The notes beneath the pieces were generated by a model that made no database searches, was not told the DNA's origin, and saw only the letters and a list, made by a program, of their open reading frames with translations. A stretch of 64,000 nt of DNA from an uncultured Acidobacteriota bacterium (GTDB taxonomy: Bacteria; Acidobacteriota; Terriglobia; Terriglobales; Acidobacteriaceae). The stretch lies in the NCBI GenBank assembly GCA_963838765.1, contig CAWISU010000076.1, positions 514 through 64,513 of the forward strand. Reading direction: 5' to 3'. A program made the position numbers and the translations under genes. This document shows, piece by piece, positions 28,633-38,315 of this stretch; positions within the stretch are counted from its first letter, which is position 1, and each line of letters opens with the position of its first letter.

Positions 28633-29847
28633 TCAGGGGGTGAGCTTGAACACGGTTCCGCAGCCCGAGAATCCGCAGCTGAGGTCGCCGCCGGCGCTGG
28701 TGGTGCCGTAGAGATTCCCCGCCTTATCCATGATCAAGCCTGCGATCGGATGAGCGCCGTCGGGTGAGTAGTTGAAGCTGTGCAGGATGGTCAGTTTGCT
28801 GGCGGTATCCAGCTTGAACACGGTTCCGTAGCCGGATGTGCCTCCGTAGAAAGTGGTGCCGTAGAAATTGCCAGCGGCGTCACGAATCAATCGAGAATAG
28901 GGATTCTCTCCATCTGGCATTCCGGCAAAACTGTGGAGCAGGGTCGGTTTGCCTTTGGCGGTCAGCTTGAAGACCGTGCCGTAGCCGCCGTTGGCGCCTC
29001 CATACTCGGTGGTGCCATAAAGATTTCCGGCGGCGTCCCGCAACAAACCAGCCAGTGGATTTACGCCGTCCGGTGTTCCGCTAAAGCTGTGCATCAGAGT
29101 CAGCTTGCCTTTCGCATCCAGTTTGAACACGGTTCCGAAACCACCGCCTGTGCCTCCGAATTGGGTCGTGCCATAAAAGTTTCCCGCTTTGTCTCGAAGC
29201 AAACCTGCGAAGGGATCTTCCCCGTCCGGAGTCCCTGCGAAACTATGCAGCAGGGTCAGCTTGCCGTTCGAATCCAGCTTGAATATGGTTCCGAAGCCGC
29301 CGTTAACGCCGCCATATTGCGTTGTACCGTAGAGATTGCCGGCTGCGTCCCGCACCAGGACTGAGCGAGGATCTTCGCCGTCCGGGGTTCCGGCGAAGCT
29401 GTGAAGTATGGTTTCCTTGCCACCGGGATGCAGCTTGAATACGGTTCCAAAGCCGCCTTGAGTGCCGCCGTACAGCGTCGTACCGTAAAAGTTCCCGGCC
29501 TTGTCGCGGGTCAAACCTGAATATGGATCTTCGGCATCGGGCGTACCCGCGAAGCTGAGCAGTACGGTTTCCTTGCCCTTGGTATTCAGTTTGAACACGG
29601 TTCCGAAGCCGCCCTTGTTGCCGCCGTATTGCGTGGTGCCATACAGGTTGCCTGCCGCGTCTTGAAACAAACTCGCGTCGGGCTGTTCCCCGTCGGCTGT
29701 GTTGGTGAAGGTGTAGAGCACGGTGAAAGTCTGTGCCTGGGCTGAACTTGCGGCGACGAGTGCCAATGCGAATAGGGTTGCCGCTGTCAGTAAGGCTCGT
29801 GCAGTTTGCGGATGTATCCTCGAAAACCGATTTGCTTTGTTTTTCAC
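28633..29847 (-). CDS. secreted tandem-repeat protein, Gloeo_Verruco ('GloVer') repeat type
   Basis: 404 aa. A signal peptide is followed by about 8 repeats of about 48 aa with the consensus LHSFAGTPDGEDP-x-GL-RD-AGN-YGTT-YGG-x-GGFGTVFKL. Confidence 0.8.
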   Translation of the reverse strand: MKNKANRFSRIHPQTARALLTAATLFALALVAASSAQAQTFTVLYTFTNTADGEQPDASLFQDAAGNLYGTTQYGGNKGGFGTVFKLNTKGKETVLLSFAGTPDAEDPYSGLTRDKAGNFYGTTLYGGTQGGFGTVFKLHPGGKETILHSFAGTPDGEDPRSVLVRDAAGNLYGTTQYGGVNGGFGTIFKLDSNGKLTLLHSFAGTPDGEDPFAGLLRDKAGNFYGTTQFGGTGGGFGTVFKLDAKGKLTLMHSFSGTPDGVNPLAGLLRDAAGNLYGTTEYGGANGGYGTVFKLTAKGKPTLLHSFAGMPDGENPYSRLIRDAAGNFYGTTFYGGTSGYGTVFKLDTASKLTILHSFNYSPDGAHPIAGLIMDKAGNLYGTTSAGGDLSCGFSGCGTVFKLTP

Positions 29848-29950
29848 GGATTTCTTCCCCGCGACGAAACCGCGTTTTTATCATGGAAGTTGAGAAGAGG
29901 CAAGTCTGTTCGGCTGGTAATCGTTGATCAGGGACGTAGAAATTTTCTGA

Positions 29951-30280
29951 CTAGCAGGGTTCTAACTTTCGGCAGAATCGTTTGATGAGGTCGCCCTGGT
30001 CGGGGAGCGCGCCGATGAACTCAAAACCGTGCAGGAAGCCCATGCGGTGGCGGACCACCGATCGGATCGCGAAGACCTCGGGAACGTCTGGGATGGAGAA
30101 TTCGAGAGTCACCATTTCTCCGGCGGCCAGCTCGCTGGTAATCACGGCGCCGAGGCCAGCCTCGGCAATCTCGAAGCAGCGGCCATGGATGCGGATGTAC
30201 CCGTCCTTCCCGAGCACCTTTACAATAATCGGTATCTCCGTACGATATCGGGCGTAACGTCGAGTGGAAGACTTGTGCAT
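29951..30280 (-). CDS. PilZ-domain protein
   Basis: 109 aa with a RRYARYR-type RxxxR motif near the N-terminus and the downstream D/N-x-S-xxG-like EIAEAGLGA element, on a small beta-barrel size. Confidence 0.7.
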   Translation of the reverse strand: MHKSSTRRYARYRTEIPIIVKVLGKDGYIRIHGRCFEIAEAGLGAVITSELAAGEMVTLEFSIPDVPEVFAIRSVVRHRMGFLHGFEFIGALPDQGDLIKRFCRKLEPC

Positions 30281-30556
30281 TCCCGCGAGCCTTATCGAAG
30301 CAGAGTGAGAGCTTTTCAGAGAATCCTCGTTATCCCGACAAGTAGAATAATGGATTGGGGGCGAGTCTGACAGTTACTTTGGAGAGTTCGGGTGAAATTG
30401 GCGGAAGAATTCCAGTTTTGAGAAGTGACTGTCAAGTTGGCAAGTAACTCGAAAGATGGTGACTGCGGACTTTTTTTATAAGGAAAGTTGACTTGACACT
30501 TGTATTTTTTGACAGTCGGGAGCACACTGGGCACACCGAACTAGAAGGGAGCGGGG

Positions 30557-30727
30557 ATGAATACAAAGATGTTGCGTAGGCTATGGTCGGATGATGAAGG
30601 CCAGGACATTGCCGAGTACGCTGTGATGTTGGCGGTGATTCTGGTGTTGGTGGTTGGCACCATCCGATTGATTGGGGGCAGTTCCAACAACGTGTTTTCT
30701 TCTGTGGCTAGTTCGATTGGCCAGTAG
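30557..30727 (+). CDS. Flp/Fap-family type IVb pilin (56 aa)
   Basis: Absent from the ORF track because it is under 60 aa. The product is MNTKMLRRLWSDDEGQDIAEYAVMLAVILVLVVGTIRLIGGSSNNVFSSVASSIGQ. It has the G-x-x-x-x-EY Flp processing motif plus a hydrophobic helix. The SD GAAGGGAGCGGGG lies upstream. Confidence 0.8.
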   Translation: MNTKMLRRLWSDDEGQDIAEYAVMLAVILVLVVGTIRLIGGSSNNVFSSVASSIGQ

Positions 30728-30760
30728 CTCCGGCGAAGCCGAACTTTGATTTCTGCGCGG

Positions 30761-30792
30761 AGCCAGACCGGTACGGTCTGGCTTGTTTTTTG
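30761..30792 (+). terminator. Rho-independent terminator after the flp gene
   Basis: Stem agccagaccg / cggtctggct (10 bp) with a 3-nt loop, followed by tgtttttt. Confidence 0.6.
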
Positions 30793-30914
30793 CGCATTCC
30801 AGTTTCTGCCTCTAACCATAAGACTTAGAGGGGGTTCCTGCCCCCCGTCGGGGGGAGATAATCTGCGGTTCGTTTTGCCTGGGAATGGGTTCCGCCTAGC
30901 CTCCCCCGGAAGTA

Positions 30915-31457
30915 ATGCCCCACGATGGCCTTCCTCTGGTATTATCTTTCGAACGGGGTCTCTGGCTGGATGGTATGGCAACCATGTTCATTCCGCATCC
31001 TAATCTCAGCGACGAAGTGAATGCCAACATCGTCCAGGCAGAAATCGAGGGTGGGGTCTCGCTGGGAGACTTGCCGCCTTCGACAGTGCTGGAGATCCAG
31101 ACGCAACACCATCGGTATACTGCCGTGTTCCTGGGCGAGAGCCAGGCGCTGATTTCGGGGCATCCGGAATATTGTCCGGAGCCAGTGCTGGTAGCGATTG
31201 CCGGCTCGACGTGGGGCGGATCGATGCTGAAGCTGCGCTACATCGGGCGCGGCATGCATTTGGAGTTTTGTCATCCTGAGTATCGCACTCCGATTGTTAC
31301 TTCTCGTATTCAAGAAGTGCGCGAGTGCATTCATCTTGATTTCGAGAAATCTTCCAGGGCGAACAATAATGCGCTGAGTTCTGCCGCGCCCACGCCCCCG
31401 GCATCCGCGCCCGCTCCTTCCATGCTGGCGCGTGGAACTTTCACGAAACCTTCGTAA
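30915..31457 (+). CDS. hypothetical protein (start probably the ATG at 30975, MATMFIPHP...)
   Basis: 180-aa ORF. The globular part (..[17 protein letters not shown]...[26 protein letters not shown]..) is followed by an Ala/Pro-rich tail. No motif was recognised. Confidence 0.45.
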   Translation: MPHDGLPLVLSFERGLWLDGMATMFIPHPNLSDEVNANIVQAEIEGGVSLGDLPPSTVLEIQTQHHRYTAVFLGESQALISGHPEYCPEPVLVAIAGSTWGGSMLKLRYIGRGMHLEFCHPEYRTPIVTSRIQEVRECIHLDFEKSSRANNNALSSAAPTPPASAPAPSMLARGTFTKPS

Positions 31458-31604
31458 GAGCTGGTTGCAAGATTTCGCGTATTTAGGTTCAGCACCTGGG
31501 CGAGTCTTCTCCTGTTGCGAGCTTCGTGCGTCCGGGCACGAGGCGCAAACAAAGCGCATTGCCACTTTTCCAGAATTGGTACCGAGTTCATTGTTCGTTT
31601 CTGG

Positions 31605-31730
31605 GTACCCCCCCTCCCCCCGGTTATCTCGCAAAATCTAGAAAACAAAAGATTTATTTTACCACTATGTGCTAAATCTTTGAGTTTAGAGGAGTTACGG
31701 GCAAAATCTAGAGAACATGGGAGTTATGGC
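31605..31730. repeat. dispersed repeat, copy A (C-tract element)
   Basis: The element starts with the tract ggtaccccccctcccccc. It then contains ..aaatctttgagtttagaggagttacgggcaaaatctagagaacatgggagttatgg, which aligns by eye at roughly 70 percent with 42916-43030. An internal near-duplicate gcaaaatctaga(a/g)aac occurs at 31631 and 31701. Confidence 0.55.
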
Positions 31731-31931
31731 GGTCCGTGTCGGCATCGGGAGTTCCTTTTTGGGACTCGGTTCTACACCCCACGCACCGAACTGCGGTTCT
31801 CAATGGCTCCGGCGTGGGATATGCAGCACGCACCAAGCTCCATTCATTGCCTGGTCAGATTGTCAAAGAGCTATTATCCTGGAGATAATATAGTTCGAAT
31901 TAGTATTGTCCTATTTGCAGTTTGCAGTCAA

Positions 31932-32234
31932 CTATAAAGTATTCGATTTGGATGGGTCGACCTCTTGGTAGGGAGCGCAAAGACGCCCCTTCCGCCAGCC
32001 CTCAAAATCCGCAAGGACTTCCTTCTCCGAAATGCCACGGCGCTTGATCTGGCGGGCGATTTCGCTGGTCAACATGGCAAACAGTTCGCGGGTCAATTCT
32101 CCCGGCAACGAATCCTTCTGCAAGGGAAAAAACACGCCCGCGAGCCTTCCCCGCCGCGTCACCAGAATCGGGTCTTTGGAGCGCAGCATTCCCGTAGCCT
32201 TGTCCCGAAATTCCCGCACCGTGCTGGTCTTCAT
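31932..32234 (-). CDS. Phd/YefM-type type II antitoxin (100 aa), no cognate toxin gene downstream
   Basis: Internal ATG of ORF 31932-32408 with AGGTGA 6 nt upstream. The product begins MKTSTVREFRDKATGMLRSKDPILVTRRGRLAGVFFPL, a Phd/YefM-like N-terminus. Confidence 0.6.
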   Translation of the reverse strand: MKTSTVREFRDKATGMLRSKDPILVTRRGRLAGVFFPLQKDSLPGELTRELFAMLTSEIARQIKRRGISEKEVLADFEGWRKGRLCAPYQEVDPSKSNTL

Positions 32235-32505
32235 GTGGTCACCTGTGTAACCATTATAAAACACTTGAACGGTGGCAGGACGGACCATTCTTTGGGCAAC
32301 CCCGGCGGGTGGCTTGTCTATCCGCCGTCCACATTGGGCGCGGTCAACCACGAGGCTCAGATCTGAAATTAGCGTACCGCCCTGTGTCTCCAAAAACCGG
32401 AGAAGCAAGGGTGGGTCGCCTCGTGAATAGGATCAGAAAGAACGAATGGGCCAACCCCCCGGACCTCTCGTCAATCATTTAGAATGAATAACTTGGGGGT
32501 GAGAC

Positions 32506-32829
32506 TTGATGCATACCTTATATTTGCACGCCCCATATGACAAGAGCCAGCAAGGGGGTGCCTTCTATAAGGACTTCTACACAATCTTTCAGAATGGCAT
32601 TGGCCCCGATTACGCGATCTACTCTGGCCTGATAGGACTGATCAATCCAGGAACAAGAGTGGTCGTGTTTGATCGCAGCAGGCAACTACAGGCGGAGGGT
32701 GTGGTCAGCCACTTGGTCCTCAAGCCCTTCAATCGAATTCAGCGTTTCGATGTCCACATCCTCAATTTAGCTAGGGTTCCCTACAGCAATCCCCCGGGCG
32801 TCAACAGATGCGGTGTTGAGGTTTTGTAA
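32506..32829 (+). CDS. hypothetical protein, 107 aa
   Basis: ORF only, with an A/T-rich codon usage unlike its neighbours. It is convergent with the 463-aa gene, with a 37-nt gap. No motif was recognised. Confidence 0.45.
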   Translation: MMHTLYLHAPYDKSQQGGAFYKDFYTIFQNGIGPDYAIYSGLIGLINPGTRVVVFDRSRQLQAEGVVSHLVLKPFNRIQRFDVHILNLARVPYSNPPGVNRCGVEVL

Positions 32830-32866
32830 ACGCCGTAATCGGTTACTCCGCGTTCCATGCATGCGC

Positions 32867-34258
32867 TCAGTCAGTCTCCGCAGGTGCATCGTATTCGATC
32901 CGGCCAGTTTTTTTGAGCAATTCTCGTGCTGCGCCCTTGGTCAGGACGCCTTTCTTTACAGCCATGACGATCTTGTGAAGTTCTACCGTGGAGAGTATTC
33001 CAATATTCTGTTCTACCGCTGTGTCGGCGATGTGGGCATCCGCACCGGTGTAAACACGGGGACGCCTTGATGGATGATTCTCGATGTCATAGTTCAGCAC
33101 AAGAAGCCCGGCGATCTCCATGCCCAAGGGCAGCACAAGGTCGCTCTGCCTTTTGTAAAGCGTCATCATCCTGCCCAAAATGTCGTGAAACTCTTTCACC
33201 TTGGGGTTCTTGTTTACCGTCCCGGTCACCTCCGTAATCGCAAGGAACTTTCCATCGCTCACCCAAAAATCCTCCTTCCGAATAGCACTTTTGATCTTTT
33301 CGTCGATGTCCTCTACTTTGAAATCCAAGTATTCCAAAGCAGCCTTTACAACGCCCGACAGCCTTTGCTGCGGTAGGAGCTTAGGGTCTTCCTTCGCAAC
33401 AAGCAGCGCTCTGACAAGAGCATTCGTTTCTCCCAGAGTTTTCGCCTCTTTCCGCTTAGCCTCAATAAAGCTCTTTGCTTCCGCAACTTTTTCCTCTATA
33501 GCCTTGTTTATCGCCGTTTCCTCGGGCAACAGGAACTCTTCGCCTTCGAGCCAGTCGGTCCTGCGCTTGTCAGGGAACAAGGCCGGGACCAATTCCTCTA
33601 AGCATTCGAGTATCTGGACAACCGCTTGAGCAGTGTTTTTCATTTGGGGCAGGATGATGTAGTTTGGGATTTTTTTCTCCTCATACGTTGTTCCGTATCC
33701 CATCACCCAGTCGTAGTTCCTCGTAGACAGGACCGGAACATTCCAGATTGACCCGTGCTGCTCAGGCTCGAAGAACTGACCGACCAAAGATACCTGCGCC
33801 TTCAGATTGGTAAGCGTTTGGTGTAACTCGTCGATCCTCCAAGTACGGTTCTCGACCTCGCGCAAGGCAGAGACATTCTCGTCAGCATCAATCAGCTTCA
33901 CGAACGGAACACCGCCTTGAATTAGGAAGTCAAATCCTGCCTCTTCTCCTATGAACGACACCCTTACACGGGGTGGCGTGTCGAAAGAAGACATCGTTTT
34001 GACAAACCCAGCCTCACTGAGACCATTACGCGGGCTTGAGAACTTTTTATTCAGTTCATTGGATATACGAGAGTTGTAGAAGAGGATGTCGTATTCGTAA
34101 AGAGGATGAGGCGTCACGTAAGGAAGGTATTTCGTGCTCTGATTCCCCACACCGACAAAACCTTGCTCCACGTTGTAGCCGGCCTTCGTGATTGTCTCCG
34201 CTTCCCTGTCGGTAAAATTGAGCAGAATTATTCGGTGGGCAGTCTCGTTTGTGGTCAA
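32867..34258 (-). CDS. hypothetical protein, 463 aa (N-terminal alpha/beta domain, central coiled-coil, C-terminal PD-(D/E)xK-like region)
   Basis: A long clean ORF with no comparable ORF in other frames. See the findings for the domain reasoning. No known family was recognised from the sequence alone. Confidence 0.8.
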   Translation of the reverse strand: MTTNETAHRIILLNFTDREAETITKAGYNVEQGFVGVGNQSTKYLPYVTPHPLYEYDILFYNSRISNELNKKFSSPRNGLSEAGFVKTMSSFDTPPRVRVSFIGEEAGFDFLIQGGVPFVKLIDADENVSALREVENRTWRIDELHQTLTNLKAQVSLVGQFFEPEQHGSIWNVPVLSTRNYDWVMGYGTTYEEKKIPNYIILPQMKNTAQAVVQILECLEELVPALFPDKRRTDWLEGEEFLLPEETAINKAIEEKVAEAKSFIEAKRKEAKTLGETNALVRALLVAKEDPKLLPQQRLSGVVKAALEYLDFKVEDIDEKIKSAIRKEDFWVSDGKFLAITEVTGTVNKNPKVKEFHDILGRMMTLYKRQSDLVLPLGMEIAGLLVLNYDIENHPSRRPRVYTGADAHIADTAVEQNIGILSTVELHKIVMAVKKGVLTKGAARELLKKTGRIEYDAPAETD

Positions 34259-34425
34259 CTGTGAATTCCTCTACTTGATTCCAGAAAGCAAGTCATTCAG
34301 CGGAAACGCGCGAGGCTCGGGTCGTCCCTGCCCTCTCAAGAATTGTACACATGTCGACGGTTAGGGAAACGACCAGGCTAGGGCGCCCTCCAATTTGCCT
34401 CAAGCGCTTCGCGTCTCTAGAATAG

Positions 34426-35949
<1,524 letters not shown>

Positions 35950-36000
35950 GTCCTCTTTGACACGACCCATGTTTTTCCAATCCGCGGGGGATGCTCGCGC

Positions 36001-36480
36001 TTGACCTCGGATCAAAAGCAAGTACTCAAAACCTGGATTGCTGCGTTCTTGTGGATAGGGCTGATTGCGATTGAATCCACTGACACGTTTTCCGCCGAGC
36101 ACACCGGCCGATTTCTATATCCCATACTTCACTTCCTCATGGGTCTGGATCGGGCGGCCTTCGAGGTGGTGCATCACTACATCCGGAAATGCGGGCATTT
36201 TGTGGGCTACTTTACCTTGAGTTTTTTCCTGTTTCGCGCCTGGCGGGCGACGCTGCGTTTGCCGTGGGCTCCGCGATGGGCGTTGCGCTGGGCCGCGATT
36301 GCTTTTTTTATGTCGGCCCTGGTGGCTAGTTTGGACGAATGGCATCAAACGTACATCCCGTCGCGAACCGGCGCAATTGAGGATGTCATGTTGGACAGTT
36401 TTGCGGCGCTGACGGCGCAAGTTCTGATATTTCTTTATTTGAGCTGGAAACCTCGGGGGATGGTTGCGGCGGGTGATTGA
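36001..36480 (+). CDS. VanZ-family membrane protein
   Basis: 159 aa with 4 hydrophobic spans and LDEWHQTYIPSRTGAIEDVMLD, typical of VanZ-like proteins. Confidence 0.7.
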   Translation: MTSDQKQVLKTWIAAFLWIGLIAIESTDTFSAEHTGRFLYPILHFLMGLDRAAFEVVHHYIRKCGHFVGYFTLSFFLFRAWRATLRLPWAPRWALRWAAIAFFMSALVASLDEWHQTYIPSRTGAIEDVMLDSFAALTAQVLIFLYLSWKPRGMVAAGD

Positions 36481-36543
36481 GGATGTGGGCCGGATTGGGG
36501 GTCTTCGACCCGCGACCGGGTTGAAGACGCGGTCCCAGACTAT

Positions 36544-37036
36544 TTAATACATCGCGTCGTATCTTGTGACTTCCCAGGCACCTTCCTTGTTTTCGAGCGT
36601 GACTGAGAACAGCTCTTTGTAGGTTCCGGGCTGGCCGGCGGCGTTGCGGCGCTTGCCCTGGTAATGGAGGATGCGGAGGGGCGGCGCGTCTTCCCAGTCG
36701 ACTACCTTCCAGGAAATCAACGGATGTTGCGCCTCGGAGGCGCAAATGAAAGCTGCGTACTTCTTGCGATAATCTTTTTCCCAGGTGGCGAGTTGTTCTT
36801 CACAGTGTCCATCGCGCATGGCGTCGATGTATTTCGTGGCCAGGCGTTCGGTGGAACGGTCGCGTAAGGGGTTCAGCGAGATGGAATTGGGAGTGCCGGA
36901 AAGGGGATCGCGGCCCTCGGAGCGGGACAGACACTGGGCCTTGCCCGTTCAGCCACATCAGGTAGCCAAAAAAGACGAGCAGAACGAGTACACCTGCGCC
37001 CACTGCAATGCCGATTTGTAGGCGGGAAAATCCCAT
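36544..37036 (-). pseudogene. membrane-anchored hypothetical protein, +1 frame break near 36940-36950
   Basis: The frame starting at the complement of 37034-37036 gives MGFSRLQIGIAVGAGVLVLLVFFGYLMWLNGQ, a TM anchor. The +1 frame continues GKAQCLSRSEGRDPLSGTPNSISLNPLRDRSTERLATKYIDAMRDGHCEEQLATWEK... through to the end of ORF 36544-36819. Confidence 0.4.
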
Positions 37037-37186
37037 TACTGCAAGTGTAACGGGCTGAGGACTTAGCGCCAGATTACGGCGGTGACCCGCACAAGGACAT
37101 GTACGAGTGGAAAAAGCGCACTTCCGAACCGAGGGTAAGTGCGCTTTTTCGATTTGCATTTCCGCCGAGGAGTGCTGGTAGAGGCG

Positions 37187-37579
37187 CTAGTACTGGCCGT
37201 AAATCAGCACATCCAAGGAGCCTTTGGTTCCGGTAGAGCCAACGCTGTCGGCGTAAACGCTGAGCTGGGTGCCGGGCACTTCGTATACGCGGGTGACTTG
37301 CGAATGGGGGGTGAGCAATATGGTATCGAGTTGCGCTACCAATTCTTCACCCTCGGTGAAAGTGAGTCGCAGAATAATGTTGGAAGTCGAATCGATGCGC
37401 TCATCCGTAACCAGGCGGATGCGGTCGTACATGCTGACATCGACGACGCCTAACAATTTAGTTTGTCCGCCGGGAATGGTGACTGCGCCCACGGCTGTGC
37501 GGAACGCCAATACATTCTCAACGCTAGGAGTTAAATTAGGTTGAATAGGAGTTGGGGCGATTTTTGGGGATGTTGCCAA
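37187..37579 (-). CDS. hypothetical protein, 130 aa
   Basis: ORF only. The composition looks beta-rich and there is no signal peptide. Confidence 0.45.
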   Translation of the reverse strand: MATSPKIAPTPIQPNLTPSVENVLAFRTAVGAVTIPGGQTKLLGVVDVSMYDRIRLVTDERIDSTSNIILRLTFTEGEELVAQLDTILLTPHSQVTRVYEVPGTQLSVYADSVGSTGTKGSLDVLIYGQY

Positions 37580-37760
37580 GTTTTAACCTCCATATCTGAT
37601 GCGCCGGAAAGGCGCGTTTGATTTGTGTTTCTACGTGATGGGGGAAAATACTCCGGTTCTATTAACAAGCGGATTCTAGGTCTGGGTGGATTGAAAAACA
37701 ATGGTTGCGGAGCAAAATATGCGGGTTCGAGGACCAAAATGGGAATGCGGGCTCGTGGCA

Positions 37761-38252
37761 CTACTTTTGTTTCTGCGTCGGATCATTCGCCGCGTCGAAG
37801 TAACGGGTGTCGGTGGGGCCATAGCCGGAGATTTGGACAATCGAGGGAGAGTCGTCGGTGCGTGCGAAGTGGTTCACCCCGCCCGGTTCTGAGTAGACGC
37901 TTCCCGGCGGCAGTTTCTTGAGCAACTGCTCATTGAACTGGGTGCCATAGCCGAAGCTCCAACTGCCGGAGACGACGACTGCCATGCGGTCGTCGCGATG
38001 GGAGTGTGCGGGTACGGTGGTGTGCGCGGGAACGAACAGAAGAATTGTGTAGAAACCCGGCTTGGAGGGGTCGCCAAACAGCACCTTTGACCTGACTCCT
38101 GACAAACGAGAGCTTCCAATTTGGCTGTCATTGAATGGGATCGCGGAAATCTCGTCTGGGGTCATGCGCATTTGGGGAAGAGTAGGAGCGGTTGAAGCGA
38201 ATGCGGCGCAGAAGAACAAAGCGAGTATCGAAATTTTTCTAAACATTTGCAC
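37761..38252 (-). CDS. secreted cupin-domain protein
   Basis: Signal peptide MFRKISILALFFCAAFAS. Cupin motifs are present: PAHTTVPAHSHRDDRMAVVVSG and ..PGGVNHFA. Confidence 0.7.
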   Translation of the reverse strand: MQMFRKISILALFFCAAFASTAPTLPQMRMTPDEISAIPFNDSQIGSSRLSGVRSKVLFGDPSKPGFYTILLFVPAHTTVPAHSHRDDRMAVVVSGSWSFGYGTQFNEQLLKKLPPGSVYSEPGGVNHFARTDDSPSIVQISGYGPTDTRYFDAANDPTQKQK

Positions 38253-38315
38253 AACTCCTTTCTGTGCTTTCGAACATTAGTCGCTGTTCATTATCGCGCG
38301 CGACTGTCAACGGGC

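Noticed and set aside
28633-29847. Periodic DNA repeats, which might at first suggest a CRISPR-like array
   Set aside because: The period is about 144 bp, the units are contiguous with no unique spacers, and the whole region is one open reading frame encoding GloVer protein repeats. I saw no CRISPR array anywhere in the window.
30290-30556. Promoter call for flp from TTGACT/TTGACA words, and similarly TTGACA at about 53589 upstream of the 53658 regulator
   Set aside because: -35-like hexamers are present, but no acceptable -10 hexamer lies at 16-19 nt spacing. The promoter consensus for this phylum is also uncertain, so no promoter feature is reported.
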